A stretch of 61,750 nucleotides of DNA, filler included. It is 5 parts of 5 records of this genome, joined end to end, with 100 filler letters (N's around TTAATTAATTAA, not from the genome) between each part and the next. Parts side by side here need not be neighbours in the genome. Positions count along the whole stretch, not along the records: positions 44,343 to 61,750 come from SRR31156797_19682; 4 more parts are not named here. One strand, written 5' to 3'. The translations under genes and the position numbers were made by a program. A model generated the notes under the pieces. It was given only the letters and a program-made list of their open reading frames with translations, was not told where the DNA came from and made no database searches. Positions 56,789 to 61,750 of the stretch are shown here, in pieces (the first letter of the stretch is position 1; every line of letters begins with the position of its first letter).

Positions 56789-58174
56789 ATGGAAGCACAA
56801 ACTTTTCATCACGCATTAAAAATCAATCAAGAAACCTGCTATGGTTGCACACATTGTATGAATGTTTGCCCCACAGAAGCTATCAGGATCAAGAATGGTA
56901 AAGCTATTATCTATGAGCACAAATGCATTGATTGTGGGATGTGTTTAAAAGCTTGCCCGGTTGATGCTATTCAAATTGAACAGGACGATTTCAATTCCAT
57001 TTTCAACTTTAAACACAGAGTAGCATTATATCCTAGCGTATTAACTGGTCAATTTCCATCGAAATACTACGCTTCGCAAATTGCGTCAGTGTTGCTTGAC
57101 CTCGGCTTTACTCATGCATTTGAAGTGGAACACGGTTCGGATTTTTTAAAGAATGAAATACCCAAATACCAACTTGATAGTGATCACAAACCGGTGATTT
57201 CATCATTTTGCCCAGCTATCGTAAGATTAATTCAGGTTAGATTTCCATCCCTTGCTCCAAATGTAATGCAATTGAAACCACCAGTAGATATTGCTGCAGA
57301 GTTTTACAGAAAACACCTCACAGACAAAGGACTAAAGGACGAAGACATAGGTATTTTCTATATTACGCCTTGTGCTGCAAAAATCGCAGCCATTAAAAGT
57401 CCTGTTGGTGAATCTTTTGCAACTATAAATGGTGTCATTAATATGGATTTCATCTACAACCGCATTTTCAGAGCACTAAAACAAGGTATGACAGGCAGTA
57501 GCGAATTACCTGATCAACCCACACTAAGTCCTGATGCCATAAAATGGAGTTTAACCAATGGAGAAGCTGTACATGCCAAAGGCCGCAGCATTGCAATAGA
57601 TGGAGTGCACAACGCAATGGACTTTCTAGAACAACTTGAAGATGAGGAGATTACAAATATTGATTTTATAGAAATACGAGCCTGTGACGAAAGTTGTGCA
57701 GGTGGTATTCTGAATACGAACAATAGGTTTTTAACAGTAGAGCGCCTAAAAATACGTGCAGACCGATATACTGCTGATGCTGAAAAATCATCTCAACCTA
57801 ATCCTGTTTTTGAAAAGGAAGAATTCTTAAAAGAAAACAGCCGAATTGGCGCAGTAAAACCTCGCTCCATGCTGAAAATGGATGAAGACATGGCACGTGC
57901 ATTATTAAAAATGGAAAAAACGCGCAAATTGATGTGCTTTCTCCCAGGAATTGATTGTGGAGCATGCGGTGCACCTAATTGCCAGGCATTAGCCGAAGAC
58001 ATTGTCCAACACAAAGCTGCTTTGAGCGACTGTGTCTTTATGCAGGCACACATGCAAACCCATGGAAAAATGTCAAAAGACCGAGCATACAAACAAATTG
58101 AGCGTATTTGGGGTGAAAATCGACTTGAAAAGAATTGTAAAAAGCGCGGAGCTAAAGACGACTCAAATTTCTAA
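56789..58174 (+). CDS. atypical [FeFe]-hydrogenase-like Fe-S protein (2x4Fe-4S, H-cluster domain, C-terminal FeS domain)
   Basis: CYGCTHC..CP and CIDCGMC..CP; SSFCPA, TPCAAK, EIRACDESCAGG; LPGIDCGACGAPNC. Confidence 0.85.
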   Translation: MEAQTFHHALKINQETCYGCTHCMNVCPTEAIRIKNGKAIIYEHKCIDCGMCLKACPVDAIQIEQDDFNSIFNFKHRVALYPSVLTGQFPSKYYASQIASVLLDLGFTHAFEVEHGSDFLKNEIPKYQLDSDHKPVISSFCPAIVRLIQVRFPSLAPNVMQLKPPVDIAAEFYRKHLTDKGLKDEDIGIFYITPCAAKIAAIKSPVGESFATINGVINMDFIYNRIFRALKQGMTGSSELPDQPTLSPDAIKWSLTNGEAVHAKGRSIAIDGVHNAMDFLEQLEDEEITNIDFIEIRACDESCAGGILNTNNRFLTVERLKIRADRYTADAEKSSQPNPVFEKEEFLKENSRIGAVKPRSMLKMDEDMARALLKMEKTRKLMCFLPGIDCGACGAPNCQALAEDIVQHKAALSDCVFMQAHMQTHGKMSKDRAYKQIERIWGENRLEKNCKKRGAKDDSNF

Positions 58175-58199
58175 AATAAAGAACCAATATATAGACAAC

Positions 58200-58535
58200 A
58201 TGCAAGTAAAAGATATCATAGAAAAATTAGACCTTACAGTATTTGGAGGAAACAACGACCCTGAAAAAAAAATCACTGGTGGCTACGTAAGCGATCTTCT
58301 CAGCGATGTAATGGGCTACTCCAACGAAGGTAATGTTTGGATCACCCTCCAGACACATAAAAATGTAATGGCTATTGCCTCATTAAAAGAATTGGCAGCT
58401 GTAATTCTGGTAAAAGGTTTAAAACCCACAGAAGAGACACTTGAGCACGCCAAAGAGGAAGGTATTGCTTTATTAGGGACTCATAAAAGTACCTTTGAAA
58501 TTACAGGAGAACTTTATAAGCTGACTCGCGAGTAA
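58200..58535 (+). CDS. DRTGG-domain / HPr-kinase-N-like protein
   Basis: GGYVSDLLSDVM, VWITLQTHKNVMAIASL; start at the MQVK ATG. Confidence 0.85.
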   Translation: MQVKDIIEKLDLTVFGGNNDPEKKITGGYVSDLLSDVMGYSNEGNVWITLQTHKNVMAIASLKELAAVILVKGLKPTEETLEHAKEEGIALLGTHKSTFEITGELYKLTRE

Positions 58536-58580
58536 GTTCTAATTTAAAACGACTTAGAAATCAGATTCTGTGAAAAGTCT

Positions 58581-58667
58581 AGTAAGAAGAATACAGATGT
58601 CAGATGTCAGAAGACAGATTTTTTTTGGAGTTCTGTCTTCTGTATTCTGAATTCTGTCTTCTTTACT
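58581..58667. repeat. inverted heptamer tandem repeats forming a hairpin
   Basis: atacaga tgtcaga tgtcaga agacaga ... tctgtct tctgtat tctgaat tctgtct. Confidence 0.65.
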
Positions 58668-58723
58668 AATTAATTGACATTAAGCTTAATAACTAAAAAG
58701 GCTAAAATTAACAAAAAACACCA

Positions 58724-59464
58724 ATGCAACGCTTCAGAGCTGACTTACATACACATACAGTACTATCACCCTGTGGAAGTCTTGAGATGAGTCCCATGAA
58801 GATCATCGAAAGAGCAAAAGCGCAAGGTATCGAGCTTTTAGGGATTACTGATCATAATAGTACCCTTATGTGTCGTGTAATGGATGAAGTTGCAGCGGAA
58901 AAAAATATAAAAATTTTGCCGGGAGCTGAAGTTACAACCAGTGAGGAAGTACACTGCCTGGCATTTTTTGAAAATTGGGATGCACTGGATAAGTTTCAAA
59001 AATACCTGGAAGAGAACATACCTGACATCAAAAACGATCCATACAGATTTGGTCATCAGGTTATTGTAGATCGCAACGAGCAAATAACCGGAGAAGTCGA
59101 TAAATGGCTAATAACAGGTTTAACGCAAAGTATAGAAGATGTGGAACGGGAAGTGCACAAACTCAATGGACTTTTCATTCCAGCACATATCGATCGTATG
59201 GTGAATGGATTGATCGCACAATTGGGATTTATTCCTGAGGATTTAAAATTAGATGCACTTGAACTTTCGAAAAATGTTAGTTTGGAGGATTTTGCAATAC
59301 AACATCCTGAGATTGCCAATTATACAATAATACAGGATTCTGATGCTCATTATCCCGAAAATATTGGTGATAGCGGATTTTGGTTACATGCTGAAGAACT
59401 AACTTTTGAAGAGTTAAGATTAGCACTAAAAGGTGAGAGTGGACGTAAAATAACACTTTTATGA
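58724..59464 (+). CDS. PHP-domain phosphoesterase
   Basis: DLHTHT, ITDHNS, GAEV..EEVH, PAHIDR, SDAH. Confidence 0.9.
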   Translation: MQRFRADLHTHTVLSPCGSLEMSPMKIIERAKAQGIELLGITDHNSTLMCRVMDEVAAEKNIKILPGAEVTTSEEVHCLAFFENWDALDKFQKYLEENIPDIKNDPYRFGHQVIVDRNEQITGEVDKWLITGLTQSIEDVEREVHKLNGLFIPAHIDRMVNGLIAQLGFIPEDLKLDALELSKNVSLEDFAIQHPEIANYTIIQDSDAHYPENIGDSGFWLHAEELTFEELRLALKGESGRKITLL

Positions 59465-60009
59465 AAGAATTAGCAGAACATATTCTGGATATAGCCAACA
59501 ACTCGGTGAGAGCTAAAGCGTCTCTCATTGAGATATCGGTAACCGAAGATATCGAAAATGATCTTTATACACTTGAAATTAAAGATAATGGCTCAGGAAT
59601 ACCTGCTGATATGATTGAAAAAGTATGTGAACCATTTTACACTTCCAGAACAACGAGAAAAGTTGGATTGGGTTTACCCCTTTTAAAGATGAACGCAGAA
59701 CAGGCTGAAGGTCATTTTTCATTAACCTCTGAAGTTGGCGCTGGCACTAGTGTAAAAGCTGTTTTCAAACATAAAAACGTGGATCGCCCTGCTATTGGCG
59801 ACATTGCGGGAGTTTTGAGCATGCTGGCGGCCACCGATCCGAAAATTGATGTGGTCTATATACATACCAATCAGCCAAATGACTATATCTTTGACACCCG
59901 GGAAATAAAAAAAGAGTTGGACGATATTCCGCTCACCAACCCCGAAGTGATGAGATTCATCAAAGAAATGGTTAAAGAGAACTTAGAATCAATTAATTAC
60001 ACGAAATAA
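59461..60009 (+). CDS. histidine-kinase-like ATPase (stand-alone HATPase_c)
   Basis: HILDIANNS, DNGSG, PFYTSRTTRKVGLGLP, S.VG.GT. Confidence 0.88.
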   Translation: MKELAEHILDIANNSVRAKASLIEISVTEDIENDLYTLEIKDNGSGIPADMIEKVCEPFYTSRTTRKVGLGLPLLKMNAEQAEGHFSLTSEVGAGTSVKAVFKHKNVDRPAIGDIAGVLSMLAATDPKIDVVYIHTNQPNDYIFDTREIKKELDDIPLTNPEVMRFIKEMVKENLESINYTK

Positions 60010-60037
60010 TCAATTTTATTTTAAAAAGTAGATAAAA

Positions 60038-60439
60038 ATGGCAAAAGTTAAATCATTAGCTGACTTGCGCAAGATGAAAGAAGAGATGCAATCTAAAGTT
60101 CATCTTCGCGAAAAAGCCGACAACCCCGAAGCTTTAGTACAAATAAAAGTAGGTATGGGTACTTCTGGTATTGCATCAGGTGCCAAAGAAGTATTTAACT
60201 ACTTCGTAGAAGAGCTCGAAAAAAGAAACATCGAAGCAATTGTAACTCAAACAGGAGATATGGGTTACAGCTACGCAGAACCAACAATTGAAGTGACACT
60301 ACCAGGAAACGAACCTGTTGTATATGGTTATGTTGACGTTAAGAAAGCCGATGAAGTGATTGAAAAATATATCAAAACAGGCGAAATGGTAGATGGCATT
60401 ATTCCAGCAAATTACAGAACCATTGAAGATAACAAATAA
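60038..60439 (+). CDS. hndB: thioredoxin-like ferredoxin subunit of Hnd-type hydrogenase (HndB-like), Cys-free
   Basis: IKVGMGTSGIASGA and QTGDMGYSYAEPTIEV match HndB-type motifs; lies immediately before hndC. Confidence 0.75.
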   Translation: MAKVKSLADLRKMKEEMQSKVHLREKADNPEALVQIKVGMGTSGIASGAKEVFNYFVEELEKRNIEAIVTQTGDMGYSYAEPTIEVTLPGNEPVVYGYVDVKKADEVIEKYIKTGEMVDGIIPANYRTIEDNK

Positions 60440-60452
60440 GGAGGATCAGAGA

Positions 60453-61750
60453 ATGGCAAATTACAAAATACAATTACTGGTATGTGGCGGAACAGGATGT
60501 CGCGCATCATCAAGTAATCTCATTGTAGATGAATTAAAAAACCAACTTGACAGCAACAATTTAGCTGATCAGGTTCAGGTTGTAGAAACAGGTTGTTTCG
60601 GATTTTGCGAAAAAGGACCTATCGTAAAAGTATCACCAGACAACACTTTCTACACACAAGTTAAACCAGAAGATGCACAGGAAATCGTTGAAGAGCATGT
60701 GATCAAAGGTCGTAAGGTTGAGCGTTTGCTTTACGTTGACCCTAACAGCAAAGAGCAAATCAGCGATTCTAAACATATGGAATTCTACAAAAAGCAGGTG
60801 CGTATTGCACTTCGTAACTGTGGTTTTATAGATCCTGAAAATATTGAAGAATATATAGGTCGCGATGGATATGAAGCTTTAGGAACTTGCTTTGAGAAAA
60901 AACCTAAAGAAGTAATTGAGGAAATCAAAGAATCTGGACTTCGCGGTCGTGGAGGCGGTGGTTTCCCAACAGGATTAAAATGGCAATTTGCAGCAGCTAA
61001 TGATGCAGATCAAAAATATGTAGTCTGCAATGCAGATGAAGGTGACCCAGGCGCATTTATGGATCGTTCTATTTTAGAAGGTGATCCACACAGTGTATTA
61101 GAAGCGATGGCTATTTGCGGTTATTCAACAGGAGCTACAAAAGGATTAATTTACATTCGTGCTGAATACCCATTGGCAATTAAACGTCTTCAAATTGCTA
61201 TTGAGCAAGCAAGAGAATATGGATTATTAGGAAAAGATATATTAGGAAGCGGATTTGATTTTGACATTGAGTTACGTTATGGTGCAGGAGCATTTGTCTG
61301 CGGAGAGGAAACAGCATTGATTCACTCTATGGAGGGTGAACGTGGAGAACCTACAGTAAAACCACCATTCCCGGCAGAAAGTGGCTATTGGGGAAAGCCA
61401 ACTAACGTAAACAATGTTGAAACATTTGCCAACATTCCTGCTATCATCAATAAAGGAGCAAAATGGTTCAAAAGCATTGGTACTGAAAAATCATCTGGTA
61501 CTAAAGTATTTGCTTTAGCCGGTAAAATCAACAATGTTGGTTTGATTGAGGTACCAATGGGAACTACGCTTCGCGAAGTAATCTTCGAAATTGGTGGTGG
61601 AATCCAAGGAGGTAAAAAATTCAAGGCAGTTCAAACCGGAGGTCCTTCTGGTGGTTGTTTAACTGAAAAACACCTTGATACTCCAATTGACTTCGATAAC
61701 CTGGTGCAAGCTGGTTCTATGATGGGATCAGGTGGTATGATTGTGATGGA
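60453..61750 (+). CDS. hndC: NuoF-like FMN/NADH-binding hydrogenase subunit (HndC/HydB), 3' partial; missed by ORF track
   Basis: AGGAGG RBS; LVCGGTGC..TGCFGFC (2Fe-2S), SGLRGRGGGGFPTG.KW, NADEGDPGAFMDRS, GAGAFVCGEETAL, KPPFP, NNVET, TGGPSGG; open to window end. Confidence 0.92.
   Translation, partial: MANYKIQLLVCGGTGCRASSSNLIVDELKNQLDSNNLADQVQVVETGCFGFCEKGPIVKVSPDNTFYTQVKPEDAQEIVEEHVIKGRKVERLLYVDPNSKEQISDSKHMEFYKKQVRIALRNCGFIDPENIEEYIGRDGYEALGTCFEKKPKEVIEEIKESGLRGRGGGGFPTGLKWQFAAANDADQKYVVCNADEGDPGAFMDRSILEGDPHSVLEAMAICGYSTGATKGLIYIRAEYPLAIKRLQIAIEQAREYGLLGKDILGSGFDFDIELRYGAGAFVCGEETALIHSMEGERGEPTVKPPFPAESGYWGKPTNVNNVETFANIPAIINKGAKWFKSIGTEKSSGTKVFALAGKINNVGLIEVPMGTTLREVIFEIGGGIQGGKKFKAVQTGGPSGGCLTEKHLDTPIDFDNLVQAGSMMGSGGMIVM

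Overview
This window is not one locus. It is five unrelated contigs joined by artificial 100-bp spacers (N-run + TTAATTAATTAA + N-run). (1) 1-10880 is GC-rich and alphaproteobacteria-like: an IclR regulator divergent from glyoxylate carboligase, CPA2 and TerC membrane proteins, and a LacI-controlled acid-sugar operon (DenD-like dehydrogenase, LarA-superfamily nickel-pincer enzyme, DUF1537 kinase). (2) 10981-16682 is a MacAB-type ABC exporter with three permeases, two of them tandem paralogs. (3) 16783-25253 is Desulfobacterales-like: DAHP synthase/MFS, a surface-anchored FN3 protein, a DksA-like protein, a deleted hydrolase pseudogene, Lnt, and a lipase with its foldase. (4) 25354-44242 is Bacteroidales-like: GH65/GH13 maltodextrin genes, a 4x41-bp palindromic array, a propeller histidine kinase, wza-wzc and ppdK. 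(5) 44343-61750 is Bacteroidales-like: tRNA-Leu(GAG) with a decayed hipBA/ATPase islet, then a [FeFe]-hydrogenase locus (hydG, a TM1266-type regulator, a kinase/phosphoesterase/DRTGG cassette with an atypical H-cluster protein, a cysteine-free HndB-like subunit and HndC). The best candidates for new biology are the DenD-LarA-DUF1537 operon (possible tetronate 2-epimerase pathway) and the hydrogenase signalling cassette with the cluster-less HndB. Taxonomy and families come from motif recognition only; no searches were run.
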